The notes: a model not told the origin generated them from the sequence alone. 60,053 nucleotides of DNA, filler included, from 3 parts of 3 records of this genome joined end to end with filler, not necessarily neighbours in it, one strand, 5' to 3'. Positions 1 to 10,102 are shown, counted from the first letter of the whole stretch. Translations and numbers: made by a program.

Positions 1-40
1 AAATATCCCTTATTCTATTTAATGCATTATTAAGTTGATC

Positions 41-763
41 TTATTCCACAATGATTGCGGCAACAGCTTCAATGTCTGATGCACAATATAGCAAGTCTTC
101 CAGGCGATGCTTATTCCCCATAATTGTTGCAGTTGTTGATGTATACAAATCAGCCTTCGCGATGATTTTAGGGATCAACTCCGCGACCGTGATCCCGCGA
201 GCTGTGGCCAGGGTAGCAATAAAAGGGATTCCCACTGTGTCGTCCTCAATATAAGCCCTGGCTTCACGTTCTTGGATCATGAAAGTATCTACTTCATCGG
301 GTGTCGTGCCCCCTTTCAGCTCGGCCATTTGGGTTTTAAACAAGGTGTCTATTTCGGTTTGTTTTTCGGCCCGGACATCATTAAGTTTCTGGGCCCAAAA
401 ACCAGATTCCTGCTCCGCCTTGGTCTGACCACCAGGGATATCCGAAAATTTATCCTCCTCGCCCCATACCGGACAGAGTTTCCCATTTTCATCCCGGGTC
501 GTGCCGGTCATAACAACAACTTTCAAATCGTTTGACGGCGCAGGTTTTTCGGCAGTCTGAATATCATAGTAATCAACAATTTCCTGGATCTGATCGAGAG
601 TCAGGTCCTTATTCCAATGACCGTAATCATGCGATTCAACATATTGTCCAAAACCGTCCCCAACTTTAAACCAAGCGTAATCAAAGGAGAGATCCGGTTT
701 TTCTGTGATGATAACACCGTCTATTTGCCCACGTCCTTTTCTATCTTCCCAGGTTATGTTCAT
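41..763 (-). CDS. Phage tail fibre assembly/accessory protein (C-terminal DUF4376-like helical region)
   Basis: C-terminal 'EVDTF..QEREARAY...PFIATLATARGIT..EL..KIIAKA' pattern typical of tail assembly proteins; last gene of the tail module; ATGA overlap with upstream gene. Confidence 0.6.
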   Translation of the reverse strand: MNITWEDRKGRGQIDGVIITEKPDLSFDYAWFKVGDGFGQYVESHDYGHWNKDLTLDQIQEIVDYYDIQTAEKPAPSNDLKVVVMTGTTRDENGKLCPVWGEEDKFSDIPGGQTKAEQESGFWAQKLNDVRAEKQTEIDTLFKTQMAELKGGTTPDEVDTFMIQEREARAYIEDDTVGIPFIATLATARGITVAELIPKIIAKADLYTSTTATIMGNKHRLEDLLYCASDIEAVAAIIVE

Positions 764-1332
764 ATTGCGACCCTCCTTATTGGCACAACTTCAAATTCAT
801 TGTATTTAACTAATGAGTTTACAGCCCCGTCGCTAAATCTAACAAAATACGCTGCATCTGCACTGTATTGTGACGATGACCAATAATGGTCATCCTGGAA
901 TGCAGATCCCATAGCACTCTCAAGTGCAGTCCGGTTGTTGTAAATTAAGTTAAGTTCATCTTTTGCAGGTAAACACCAATCTGTGAACCCAATCGCGGTG
1001 AGATTCCAACATAATGCGCCTGCTGGGTGATCACTTGCACCAGCGGTAATCATAGCTGATGTGTTGGAATAACCATTTGTATTACTATTTGTATTAGGTG
1101 TATCAGTTCCTGTGAGTTTCCATTTTAAATTAACCCCGTGATAACTTGTCGCTGCACACATAAGGTAGTATCCACCAAGAGTTCCAAAATAATACCCACC
1201 CTTCCAGAATTCTCCTATTGCCTGCGGGGCGGCTGAAAAGACTTCCGTGCCGTTGAGATAAGCCGTGTCTATCTCTACGCCATTCAACCTCAACTCAGCT
1301 ATCTCGGTTCCGTTAAGGTAGAGTTGTGTCAT
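760..1332 (-). CDS. Receptor-binding/tail tip protein with C-terminal Lcl/DUF1566 (C-type lectin-like) domain
   Basis: Motifs 'GFTDWCLPAKDEL', 'YWSSSQYSADAAYFVRFSDG', 'VVPIRR'; three N-terminal LNGxE repeats. Confidence 0.7.
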   Translation of the reverse strand: MTQLYLNGTEIAELRLNGVEIDTAYLNGTEVFSAAPQAIGEFWKGGYYFGTLGGYYLMCAATSYHGVNLKWKLTGTDTPNTNSNTNGYSNTSAMITAGASDHPAGALCWNLTAIGFTDWCLPAKDELNLIYNNRTALESAMGSAFQDDHYWSSSQYSADAAYFVRFSDGAVNSLVKYNEFEVVPIRRVAI

Positions 1333-2012
1333 CAGGCATTGTTCCCATTCGTTGTGAAATACGCCGTGGTTCCGTTGAGCCGGACCTTCAACGTGCCGCC
1401 AGTCGTGGGGGTTGCGTAATCAGAATCTGCTATGAAATTTTCATCATGGAGTTCATTGCCATGCACTTCGCACGTTCCGATGGGCCCCCGGCTCCCGGAT
1501 AAACTAATACCCCAATCAGAATAAGTTCCTGAACCACCCACATTGGAGACGTCTGCAGTCAAAGTCGTGCCAGAATAGCTTGACACTACCCCATGCATAT
1601 AATTATCTGTGTCTGCTGCACTAACGATTGAGACAAAAGGGTTCGATGAAAATTGCTTACCGGCTTGGACAGTAAAGGTTTTTAACCCTGTGCCTATCAA
1701 CACGCTGGAAGAACTCGTTGCGATAATAGAATCCGCAAAACCGGCAGCAATCGCAGCATTTCCAGCTGCGCTGTCGGCACTGCCTGACGCCTCCGAGGCT
1801 TTTGTTGTAGCTATCCCTGCTCTTTCTCCAGCTAACACTGCATTATTATTGACCTCCCCGGCAACCGTGTTTATTTGTCCCGTAATCACATTTAACGCTG
1901 TAGCATTTGCCGCCATTTCATTCATCCGGACCTGGACATCAGGATTAAATGTATCCGACCCGCGAACAGGCGTGGTCGTGTACCCCGGCATTCGTTCTGT
2001 AATTTCTGTCAT
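1332..2012 (-). CDS. Short tail fibre protein
   Basis: Ala/Ser-rich coiled segment followed by a Gly/Ser/Thr-rich beta region; position in the tail module. Confidence 0.6.
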   Translation of the reverse strand: MTEITERMPGYTTTPVRGSDTFNPDVQVRMNEMAANATALNVITGQINTVAGEVNNNAVLAGERAGIATTKASEASGSADSAAGNAAIAAGFADSIIATSSSSVLIGTGLKTFTVQAGKQFSSNPFVSIVSAADTDNYMHGVVSSYSGTTLTADVSNVGGSGTYSDWGISLSGSRGPIGTCEVHGNELHDENFIADSDYATPTTGGTLKVRLNGTTAYFTTNGNNA

Positions 2013-2013
2013 A

Positions 2014-2925
2014 TTAAATCATGCCCCTCATCGTAAATGTTGCCCGGCTGGTTATCGGTCCGGGTATTGATATTCGGAATTTTGATGGGAACCCATAATA
2101 AACTAACGCCTCATACGCGATGTCCGTATGGTTAAAATCATATATTGCGGATTTCCCTCTATTTTCCACGAGACGCCTTTTAGCTGAATCAATCATTGTG
2201 TTATACATCCAGATTTTTAGGCTGCCGACATCTGAAAAATTCCCGGGGATCAGTTTAATAGCGCCGGTTGTCTCATTTTCACCTTTATACGAATAATCAT
2301 TAAAACCAACCTCTGGATCATATAACGTCCCCCCGAGCTCATATGCCTTCCCTATAGCTAACACACCACAGGCGGCATCGCCGGCAGGCACCGTAAATGT
2401 TACCAACAATTGCGTTGTCGCAGATGAATAATATGGAAACTCCCACACAGCTCTCTGCTTGTACTCAACAGGCCAAAAAAAACACTCATCATAATCAGTA
2501 GGCGTAGAGACCTCCATGCTGATGGTTTCAGATTTTATTACTGTGCCGCCATCACTCATCTCAAAATATATACTTGCAGCATTGCAATTAAAAACGCCGA
2601 CATAGTTGCAATCTGCAGCATCAACCACAGGCGTTAACGATAAAGCCGCGGATGATTGAGTGTTCATATATTCATCGAGCATCAACCACCTATCCGTCGC
2701 ACCTAAATCTGTCCATTTGGTTGGGTCTGTGCCAGGCGTGGCTGTGTTTGATGCCGAGATTGATCTGTAAACTTTATGGGGTGTCTCACCGGTGTAATAT
2801 ACGATATCACCGTCGTTGTAAGTTCCAGCTGTCCACTCCCCATTGGGGGTCGGGGCCCCCTCATATTGATCTTCAGGGATTGTGGATGAAACAAGCGTAA
2901 TATCTTTTAGAGTAACTATTTTCAT
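2014..2925 (-). CDS. Distal tail/tail tip structural protein with N-terminal CBM5/12-like motif
   Basis: Directly follows the tape measure; 'WTAGTYNDGDIVYY...VYRS...TPGTDPTKW' motif. Confidence 0.6.
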   Translation of the reverse strand: MKIVTLKDITLVSSTIPEDQYEGAPTPNGEWTAGTYNDGDIVYYTGETPHKVYRSISASNTATPGTDPTKWTDLGATDRWLMLDEYMNTQSSAALSLTPVVDAADCNYVGVFNCNAASIYFEMSDGGTVIKSETISMEVSTPTDYDECFFWPVEYKQRAVWEFPYYSSATTQLLVTFTVPAGDAACGVLAIGKAYELGGTLYDPEVGFNDYSYKGENETTGAIKLIPGNFSDVGSLKIWMYNTMIDSAKRRLVENRGKSAIYDFNHTDIAYEALVYYGFPSKFRISIPGPITSRATFTMRGMI

Positions 2926-5900
2926 GCGGCGGCCTCTGTCTTAAGAGGGAGAGAGCCTTGCGTGTTACGTTCGAAAATATCCAACAGGTCTTCCAAAGAT
3001 TCTTTCTTGTCGCCGGATAAATTCAACAGAGTCCACAACACTTCATGAATTTTATCCAGCCTGTCCTTGACCCCCTGCATTGCGCTATCCCTTGTAACAT
3101 GTTCGACTTCCCCCCGCTCTCCGAGTAACGCGAATGTCGGACCATAAACAGTACCACCATCTCCAAACGCCGGGATCTCTCCACTTTCAACCGCCGCAGC
3201 AAGGAAAGCATCCCTGAAATTGCCCACATCCACAGAGTCATTAGGATTGATCAATGCCTCCACCCAATAATCAATACCTGGCTGTTTCCCTGCGCGCCCC
3301 AATACATCCCAATACATCGACTTTACTATTGACTCGTAATCAGTTAGAGATCCACCCTGAATCTCGCCCTTTTCGATAGCAGCGGCACGGAATGCCTCAC
3401 GGAAGTTGGTCAAATCCACAGAGTTGGTAGTATCAAGCAGAGTGTTAACCCAGTAGTCAATCCCCTCCTGCTTTCCGGACCTGCCCAGCTCTGACCAATA
3501 CATCTGCTTGACGAACGTTTCATAAGATTCCCGGACCTTATCATCAAGAGTCTCCGTGGAATCAGTAGGCGATGTAGAATCACTATTAGTGTCGTTGTTG
3601 TAATTCGTCGTAGCTTCATTAACCTTTGACACTGCGTCATTGTAATTTTTCTCTGTCTGTTCAAGGCTCAATCCGAGCAAGTCGTTTGTGCCGGATATTT
3701 CCGCCTTTATCGCCTCAAGCGCCGTGATCTGGCCCTGATAATAAGCCTGATTCCCCAACAATATTGTGTTCTGTGCATTCAGGCCGTAAATGGTATCTTC
3801 TGTCTTGTCGACCTGCACGCTTGCAATGCTTTGGGATGTATTTAAAATTTCCTGAACATACCCGAGCGCCTTGACCTGGTCCCGTTCGTTAACGTGCATT
3901 TTTTTGGACAGATCAAGATAATCCTGACTCACCGTCGGCAGATCGGCAAGTGCTTCCTGGACTTCGCCCTGGTCGGTAGAATAAAGCTTTCGCACTGTTG
4001 CATCCAACTGCCCCTTGGCGTATGAGAGTTGATATTCAGGATCAACTGAGCTGTCAGATATTACAAGATCGGACTGGAAATCGGCTATCCCATCCCTAAG
4101 CGATTCAAACGATTCCAAGAGGTCTTCATTCTCGCTGATCAGATCTTTTTTTAAATCAATCTCATCCTGAATTTGATCAAATATTGTTTGATTTCTATCA
4201 ATTTCCTGATTAATAGCGCTAATATACTGACTTTTGGCTGTGGCCAAACCACTCTCTGCATCATCTACAGACTCGGCAAGCCTTGTTTTATTGAGAGCGT
4301 CTAATTGATACCCATACGCCTCGTTGATCTTTTCAAGCGAGATCCCAAGGTCCCTGGCGGTTGACACCTGCTCTTCATACCATCTATTTAAAGCTAAAAG
4401 CTCCTGGCCATAGTCCGACATCGTGCTGTCAAAAATAATGTCGTTAATGGAATCGTTGAAACTTTCTATCTCTTCAAGGTATTTATAAAACTCATTGGCA
4501 CCATCGGCCAAAGATATTAGTGTTGTGTATAGCCTCATGCCACTATCTGACGTAATGTCTATACTTGATACAAGTTCCTTAAAAACCTTCTTTGTCTCAG
4601 GGAACTGGATATCACCATCAAGTGCTTTGAGTGACGATTCAGCAAGTTCTTTGAAATTAGCCTGCACATCGGCTGTTGAATAGAACGACTCGTAGAATGT
4701 CTTGAAATTTTGCTGGAAATCCCCTAAATCCCCAGCCATATTTACAATATCTTGACTTACAGAAACAGCTTCAGCAGATGTAAGATCAAAAGCGATACCT
4801 ATTTGTCCAAACGACTCCGTCACTACGTTCTTGACCGTTACTAATCTGATGGCAGTTTCAAAAAGCCCCTCATTGACTTCTTGGTATTTCTTGATAGAGT
4901 CAGAGAACAAATCCTCTATCATTGTATCACCAACTTCAGAGAACACGCCCTCTATTGCATCCGTGATTTCATCACCCTCAAGATCCTGCAAATTGATACG
5001 ACCAATTTCAAAAGTATAGCCAGCTATCTCTTCTTGTGATGATACCCCCAGTTCCTCTGAAAAACCTTGTGCAAGGTCAACAAAAGAGCCTAATACTTTT
5101 TCAAAATAAGTGACTGTGTCTTTATTTGCTTCTTCAAAATCTGTGTCGTAAACAGTATGATCTGAACGACCCCACCCGCCATCTTTTTCGATTTTTGTAG
5201 TGTCATAAATTTTTACATAGACACCATCAATTCTTTCATCTGATTCGTACTCAGAAAAATCAGGATTTTTGCCTTTTATGTTCCAATCTTTCCAGTAGGT
5301 TGGTGAGCCTTCTGCTTGAGACCAAGGTGCAACATAAATACCCGCTCCTGCTAATTTCTCTGTTTTGCCGCCGCCAAATATACCTCCGACCAAATCACCA
5401 AGCACACCGCTGATAGAATCACCCAAAAGTTCATCGAGCATTTTCCCCCCGATGTCCAAAAGACTTAATGCAAAATAATCTTGTGCATCAGCGTAAAAAG
5501 ATTCTTGGAAACTTTGGGCACTTCCCATTTGCCAATTTTCATCTACACCCAATGTATCAGCAGAAAATTCCCCATAATCTCGAACAATACTTGTTGCTAA
5601 CCCAGTAATATTAGAATTCAGGTCCTGCATCTCATAAAAGATATCGACTAATGTGGAGTATTGATCGGCTTCGACATCCTCAAGGAATTCCATGGAGTTG
5701 TTGATTGATTCACTGATGGCGGTGTTATCACCAAGAACCGTTCCAGACCCAGAAACCAACCCTATTCTTTGTTCTGTGCCTAAATCACCACTACCGCCGC
5801 CACCAGAACTAAAATCAATATTGGCGATGGACAATATGCCGGACATGACAGCGGTCATTGCAGCGATCCGGGCAAAGGCTGTGTACGGATCTCCTCCCGT

Positions 5901-7892
5901 CCCTTGTTGCGCAACCGCACCGACAGCAAGCATAAGATTTTTTTGTACCAGCATCGCCATTTCTGCTGCATAAGCTACTTTTGAGGCGGCTGAAGCGGCT
6001 TCTTGTTCTTTTGACCCCTCTTTGTAGAGCGATGCAATAGATGATAGGTTTGCTGAGATTTCAGAAAAGGAATCTTTTCTGTTCTCAATGTCCTTCAGCG
6101 CTGTTTCGGCGTTTAGTTTTTGTATTTCGTTGTTCTTCCACGCTTCGGCGGTAACGATGTCACCAGTTAAATCAATATACGCCTGCGCGTAGTCCTCAAT
6201 GGCCTTTATTTGTTCGTCATAATATGAGGTCCCGCCAAGGTCTTGGAGCATATTATAACGCATTGCCTGAGCTTCTTTCTCTATCCGCTGCGCCTCGTTG
6301 GCCCGGTCTTCTTGTTTTTTTTCTTCAATATCTTTTTGTTTGTCGAGAAGGTCAAAATATTCCGCGATATACCAATCATCAAGCGCGGCCTTGTCTTTGA
6401 CAAACTTGTCATAATAGGCGAATTGCTCGTCGAGCTTTTCGACTTGATAATCAAAATCAGACTGGGTGGCTTTGGCGTGGACTGCATAGAAGTCTGCGAT
6501 GGCACGTTCAGATTCTTTGAGGCGCGCTGCTTCAGCTTGCTCTCTTTCGGATTGATCTTTTGCCCAAGCAGCCCGATTTTTTTGAAGGAGACCTTCTTTG
6601 ACCTCAAGGGTTTTAATTTCCGAGTCTAAACTTTTGTCTGTGGCAGCAGACGACTCTTTTTCGATTTTTATAAGGGCTTTGTGATCCGCTATTTGTTTAG
6701 CTACCGCTTCGCGCTGAGACTCAAGGTTCTTGAGCCCTGCTGACGTGAGGACATCAAGGTCAGTGCCTCTTTGAATTTGAGTGCCTAACCGTGCATATTT
6801 TTCAGTCAGATCATCAAGCGTACTTTGCCACTCGGCGAAATTGACCCCGGCATTATAAGCCGCATCAAACTGCCTTACCATTTTTTCAAGCTCATTAGTG
6901 CTCGAAGTGATAAAATCAATCCAGGAGATTTGGCCTTCTTTTGCAAGCGCGAAAGCTTGTGAATTGATAGCAACATTTTTGGTTACGCCTGCCAATGCGC
7001 TGGACACTGCTTTGGCCGACGTCGCTATATCTTTTAAAAATTTAGGGATATCATTCCTGATAAATTCTTGGTTCTCTTTGACCCACTCACTCATATTATC
7101 AGCCGCGGCCTTAATATCAGGAGCTAAGTCCGCCACAACAATACGGAACTGGCTGCCCAGGATGTCTGTCAGCCGGTTCACCTCCTGTTGCGCCTCAATG
7201 GATTTGCGGATCATGCCTTCATCCATGACAACACCCAAATCCTTGGCTTCCTGCTTAAAATTTTCAAGAGCCTGGGCACCGCCGTTGATGACGGCAACGA
7301 ACTGTTCGCCGCCCTGGCCCCCGAAAATTTCATCAGCCAGCCGCATTTTTGAGGCAGTTTCCATGCCCTCCATGCGCTGGATGATTTCCGTCAGCAAGGC
7401 CGGTGTATCTTTCAATTTTGCATTGAGTTCGTCCTGGGAATACCCAAGCCGCTTAAATGCTTCCTGGCCCGGGCCTGCACCTGTCACAACAAACTCTTCA
7501 GCCCTTAAATTCAACTCTTTCAAGCCGTCTGTAAGGGCATCGGTTGATACATGATACTTTTTTACCGCATACTCAAGCTCTTGATAGGCCCGGGTGGTCA
7601 CGCCAGCCATCTGGCTGTTTTTTTCAATTTCAACCGCAGACTCCATTGCCCGTTGGGCTAAGACCACGGTCGCGGCAGTTAACGCCGCAACCCCGATCCC
7701 CATCTTTGCAATGGTGGCCGCGGTCATGCCGGCCGTGGCCTTAAAGGCAATGGCGGCCCGGTCCATCTTCCTAAAAGACCGCTCACCCTTGTCGCCTGCG
7801 GTTTCCGATTCCTTGCCGATTTGCCGGAATTCTTTAACCACACCCTGGTCATCGACCTTAAGGGCTATCTTAACAGTGCCGGTGTTAGACAT
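2922..7892 (-). CDS. Tape measure protein (1656 aa)
   Basis: Very long helical Ala/Gln/Glu-rich ORF after the tail chaperones; C-terminal 'PAFGDGG.V.GPT.AL.GERG.E' motif common in tape measure proteins. Confidence 0.92.
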   Translation of the reverse strand: MSNTGTVKIALKVDDQGVVKEFRQIGKESETAGDKGERSFRKMDRAAIAFKATAGMTAATIAKMGIGVAALTAATVVLAQRAMESAVEIEKNSQMAGVTTRAYQELEYAVKKYHVSTDALTDGLKELNLRAEEFVVTGAGPGQEAFKRLGYSQDELNAKLKDTPALLTEIIQRMEGMETASKMRLADEIFGGQGGEQFVAVINGGAQALENFKQEAKDLGVVMDEGMIRKSIEAQQEVNRLTDILGSQFRIVVADLAPDIKAAADNMSEWVKENQEFIRNDIPKFLKDIATSAKAVSSALAGVTKNVAINSQAFALAKEGQISWIDFITSSTNELEKMVRQFDAAYNAGVNFAEWQSTLDDLTEKYARLGTQIQRGTDLDVLTSAGLKNLESQREAVAKQIADHKALIKIEKESSAATDKSLDSEIKTLEVKEGLLQKNRAAWAKDQSEREQAEAARLKESERAIADFYAVHAKATQSDFDYQVEKLDEQFAYYDKFVKDKAALDDWYIAEYFDLLDKQKDIEEKKQEDRANEAQRIEKEAQAMRYNMLQDLGGTSYYDEQIKAIEDYAQAYIDLTGDIVTAEAWKNNEIQKLNAETALKDIENRKDSFSEISANLSSIASLYKEGSKEQEAASAASKVAYAAEMAMLVQKNLMLAVGAVAQQGTGGDPYTAFARIAAMTAVMSGILSIANIDFSSGGGGSGDLGTEQRIGLVSGSGTVLGDNTAISESINNSMEFLEDVEADQYSTLVDIFYEMQDLNSNITGLATSIVRDYGEFSADTLGVDENWQMGSAQSFQESFYADAQDYFALSLLDIGGKMLDELLGDSISGVLGDLVGGIFGGGKTEKLAGAGIYVAPWSQAEGSPTYWKDWNIKGKNPDFSEYESDERIDGVYVKIYDTTKIEKDGGWGRSDHTVYDTDFEEANKDTVTYFEKVLGSFVDLAQGFSEELGVSSQEEIAGYTFEIGRINLQDLEGDEITDAIEGVFSEVGDTMIEDLFSDSIKKYQEVNEGLFETAIRLVTVKNVVTESFGQIGIAFDLTSAEAVSVSQDIVNMAGDLGDFQQNFKTFYESFYSTADVQANFKELAESSLKALDGDIQFPETKKVFKELVSSIDITSDSGMRLYTTLISLADGANEFYKYLEEIESFNDSINDIIFDSTMSDYGQELLALNRWYEEQVSTARDLGISLEKINEAYGYQLDALNKTRLAESVDDAESGLATAKSQYISAINQEIDRNQTIFDQIQDEIDLKKDLISENEDLLESFESLRDGIADFQSDLVISDSSVDPEYQLSYAKGQLDATVRKLYSTDQGEVQEALADLPTVSQDYLDLSKKMHVNERDQVKALGYVQEILNTSQSIASVQVDKTEDTIYGLNAQNTILLGNQAYYQGQITALEAIKAEISGTNDLLGLSLEQTEKNYNDAVSKVNEATTNYNNDTNSDSTSPTDSTETLDDKVRESYETFVKQMYWSELGRSGKQEGIDYWVNTLLDTTNSVDLTNFREAFRAAAIEKGEIQGGSLTDYESIVKSMYWDVLGRAGKQPGIDYWVEALINPNDSVDVGNFRDAFLAAAVESGEIPAFGDGGTVYGPTFALLGERGEVEHVTRDSAMQGVKDRLDKIHEVLWTLLNLSGDKKESLEDLLDIFERNTQGSLPLKTEAAA

Positions 7893-8568
7893 TGGTTAAC
7901 CCTCCCCAAATCAAGCCACTCTTCATAGGTGAGCATATCGGAATCCAGGGGAAACCCTGCAGCAACCAGACACCGGATATCCAGCAACTTGCGGGTATAA
8001 GGGTGAATAGATTCGGCAGGCACCTTGGGGCAGTTCGCACACGCCCAGGCCAGGCCGGATTCATCATATTCCTCCTTGCATTTCTCATAATCTTTATCAC
8101 TGCACAGTTTCCCCTTTGATATGGCGGTCAGATCCCGGTCCAGAATTAGTTTGGGTTGGTATCTTCCTGGGTACCGTCGTCCAGATCCTTGTCGTCATCC
8201 CTGTCCGATGTGTTCTCAAAGGCATGGATGGCCAGGGTGTCCACCAGGTCGGCATTATTCTTACAAAACCACTCTTTCCAGTCTTCCCGGTACCCAGCGG
8301 CACCAGGATTGGACGATACCACCACCGCCTGGCCGTCCACCTCTTCCCCGAAATCACCGTCCCGGAACCCCTTAAGGATTTCCTTGCCCCAGATCTGCCT
8401 GTTCTCTCCGGTGCGGGTCACCACCTTGTTGCGCACCCGCTTATGCATCCCGTTGATGTACTTGGCCTGCTCGGCCGGGGACGGGGTGCGGTAATACAGC
8501 TCAAGGTTGGAGCCGGAAATATTGTCATACAAACGCAGGGTGTTGGGTTTATTGGATACAAGTCTCAT
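7865..8568 (-). CDS. Frameshifted tail assembly chaperone (G-T type, ~234 aa) made by -1 frameshift at C_CCA_AAC
   Basis: The -1 frame from 8149 stays open for 94 codons (LILDRDLTAISKGKLC...CANCPK...EEWLDLG...ALLR*) to TAG at 7865-7867, overlapping the tape measure start. Confidence 0.8.
8146..8568 (-). CDS. Tail assembly chaperone (G-like)
   Basis: Lies between tail tube and tape measure; AGGAG RBS; acidic C-terminus ending in a slippery heptamer before TAA. Confidence 0.8.
   Translation of the reverse strand: MRLVSNKPNTLRLYDNISGSNLELYYRTPSPAEQAKYINGMHKRVRNKVVTRTGENRQIWGKEILKGFRDGDFGEEVDGQAVVVSSNPGAAGYREDWKEWFCKNNADLVDTLAIHAFENTSDRDDDKDLDDGTQEDTNPN
8149..8155 (-). other. -1 ribosomal slippery site C CCA AAC
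   Basis: X_XXY_YYZ heptamer in the correct phase immediately before the chaperone stop codon. Confidence 0.8.
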
Positions 8569-8593
8569 TAATATATTCTCCTTAAATTATGGA

Positions 8594-9871
8594 TTAATTG
8601 GCGTAATACTGGGCTAAATTTTTGACTTTCACGATGACCGATCCGTAGGTATCATCCTCCAGAACCGCCATATCCCCTTTTTCAGCCAGCCGCTTGCCGT
8701 TGGCGCTCACGGGAGCCTTAAGCACACCAAGCCTGGGGAAGATGATCTGAACACCATACTTGTGCCCGGTATCGAATTCCGCGCCCTCCGCCAGGATAGA
8801 TGCGGCAAACTGCTCTTCGGTGTTCATATAATTACGGATCATGTAGTCCCGGAACTCCCGGTCCAGGGCCAACGTCTGTTCCCTTCCATCCCGGAAGAAC
8901 CGACTGGCATATGCGCCACCCGCCCCGGGGACAAACTCCACCTGGCCGTTGTTGCTCAGCCGGTGCTCAATGGAGTTGATTTCAGCGCCCAATGACTTGC
9001 CCCCCTGGATGACTGATCCGTCGTATTTACCGCCCAGGCTGAACACCAACTCGGACACCCGTAACGGCGTCTCCGTCACCCGGGCAGGGAAGGTCATCCA
9101 GGCCTCTTCCGTGGGCGCATAAAGAATTTTGAAATTCCTGACATCCGTGCCAACGCCGGGGGCTGTGATGGTGATTTCCGCAGGTGTTGCAGATGAGACC
9201 GCAGAAAATTCCACCTCGGTCCATACGTCCGTAGTCAGCTCAACCCGTACCCTGTGGATACTGTCCAACCGTTCCTGGGCCGTGGCCCCTTCCACACCAT
9301 TGGCGGCCAGGGTCAACGTCGTGACATTCTCGGCTGCAGAGACCGTCTCTTCGGTAATGGAGACATCCTGCTTGCCCGTGCCCACGATGTCCCCGGTCAC
9401 CTTGCACCAGTCATCTTTTGCAAACGTTGCCGTAACCGCGTTAACAAACATGGAGGCAAAGCGCTCCTTGGCCACCACCTTGCCCATTCGTTGGCCCGAC
9501 GTGAATGACGGCAGGGATCTGCCAAGATCCAGATCCCCGTCCATGGGAGTGAAGGTTTTTACATATCCGGCACCTGCGGCCGTGGATGCCGCAACGCCTA
9601 GGGCATACGCATACAAAAACCCAAAATGCTGGGGCTGGGCCTTGGGGAAATTCAGGCTCAATGCAGCCGTGCCGCCCAGGTTGTATATGGTGTCCGCCTC
9701 TTCCTTGCCGTTTAATTCGTCCTTGTTGGTTTCCCGCCTGGGGTCCAGGGAGATGATATCCCCGACCTGGGCCAGCAGGGATAGATCCAGGGTCTGCTCC
9801 GTGTTGATTGCCGTCTCCCTGGCATAAGCCGACACGGCAATCAGATTGTGATTGGCTCTGATGGATCGCAT
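8594..9871 (-). CDS. Major tail tube protein (425 aa)
   Basis: Position after tail terminator and before the chaperone; beta-rich composition; no sheath gene nearby. Confidence 0.75.
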   Translation of the reverse strand: MRSIRANHNLIAVSAYARETAINTEQTLDLSLLAQVGDIISLDPRRETNKDELNGKEEADTIYNLGGTAALSLNFPKAQPQHFGFLYAYALGVAASTAAGAGYVKTFTPMDGDLDLGRSLPSFTSGQRMGKVVAKERFASMFVNAVTATFAKDDWCKVTGDIVGTGKQDVSITEETVSAAENVTTLTLAANGVEGATAQERLDSIHRVRVELTTDVWTEVEFSAVSSATPAEITITAPGVGTDVRNFKILYAPTEEAWMTFPARVTETPLRVSELVFSLGGKYDGSVIQGGKSLGAEINSIEHRLSNNGQVEFVPGAGGAYASRFFRDGREQTLALDREFRDYMIRNYMNTEEQFAASILAEGAEFDTGHKYGVQIIFPRLGVLKAPVSANGKRLAEKGDMAVLEDDTYGSVIVKVKNLAQYYAN

Positions 9872-10101
9872 TATTCAGTATCCTCCTTCTTTGCCGGTGT
9901 TTGCGCCATGGTGGAACTTTTGGTTGTTGGCCCCGGGGATTTGGTTACTTTTTTTGTGTCTTTCCCGGTGCTGATTTTCTCAAACCGGTTTTCATACCCT
10001 GCCGGGGCCTTGGGATAGGATTTGCCCCGCTGATATGCCTTACCGGCATCCGAGCCGTCCACCACCTCAAATCCTTCCTGGCCGTTTTTCAATTGATACA
10101 T
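9871..10101 (-). CDS. Small phage hypothetical protein
   Basis: GGAGG RBS; TAATG coupling to the tail tube gene. Confidence 0.65.
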   Translation of the reverse strand: MYQLKNGQEGFEVVDGSDAGKAYQRGKSYPKAPAGYENRFEKISTGKDTKKVTKSPGPTTKSSTMAQTPAKKEDTE

Positions 10102-10102
10102 G

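Noticed and set aside
760-900. Diversity-generating retroelement targeting the DUF1566-like gene
   Set aside because: I found no reverse transcriptase and no second copy (template repeat) of this segment in the window.
7885-8100. Listed 71-aa ORF as the second tail chaperone
   Set aside because: It is in the same frame as the chaperone after its stop and looks non-protein-like; the -1 frame gives the plausible product.
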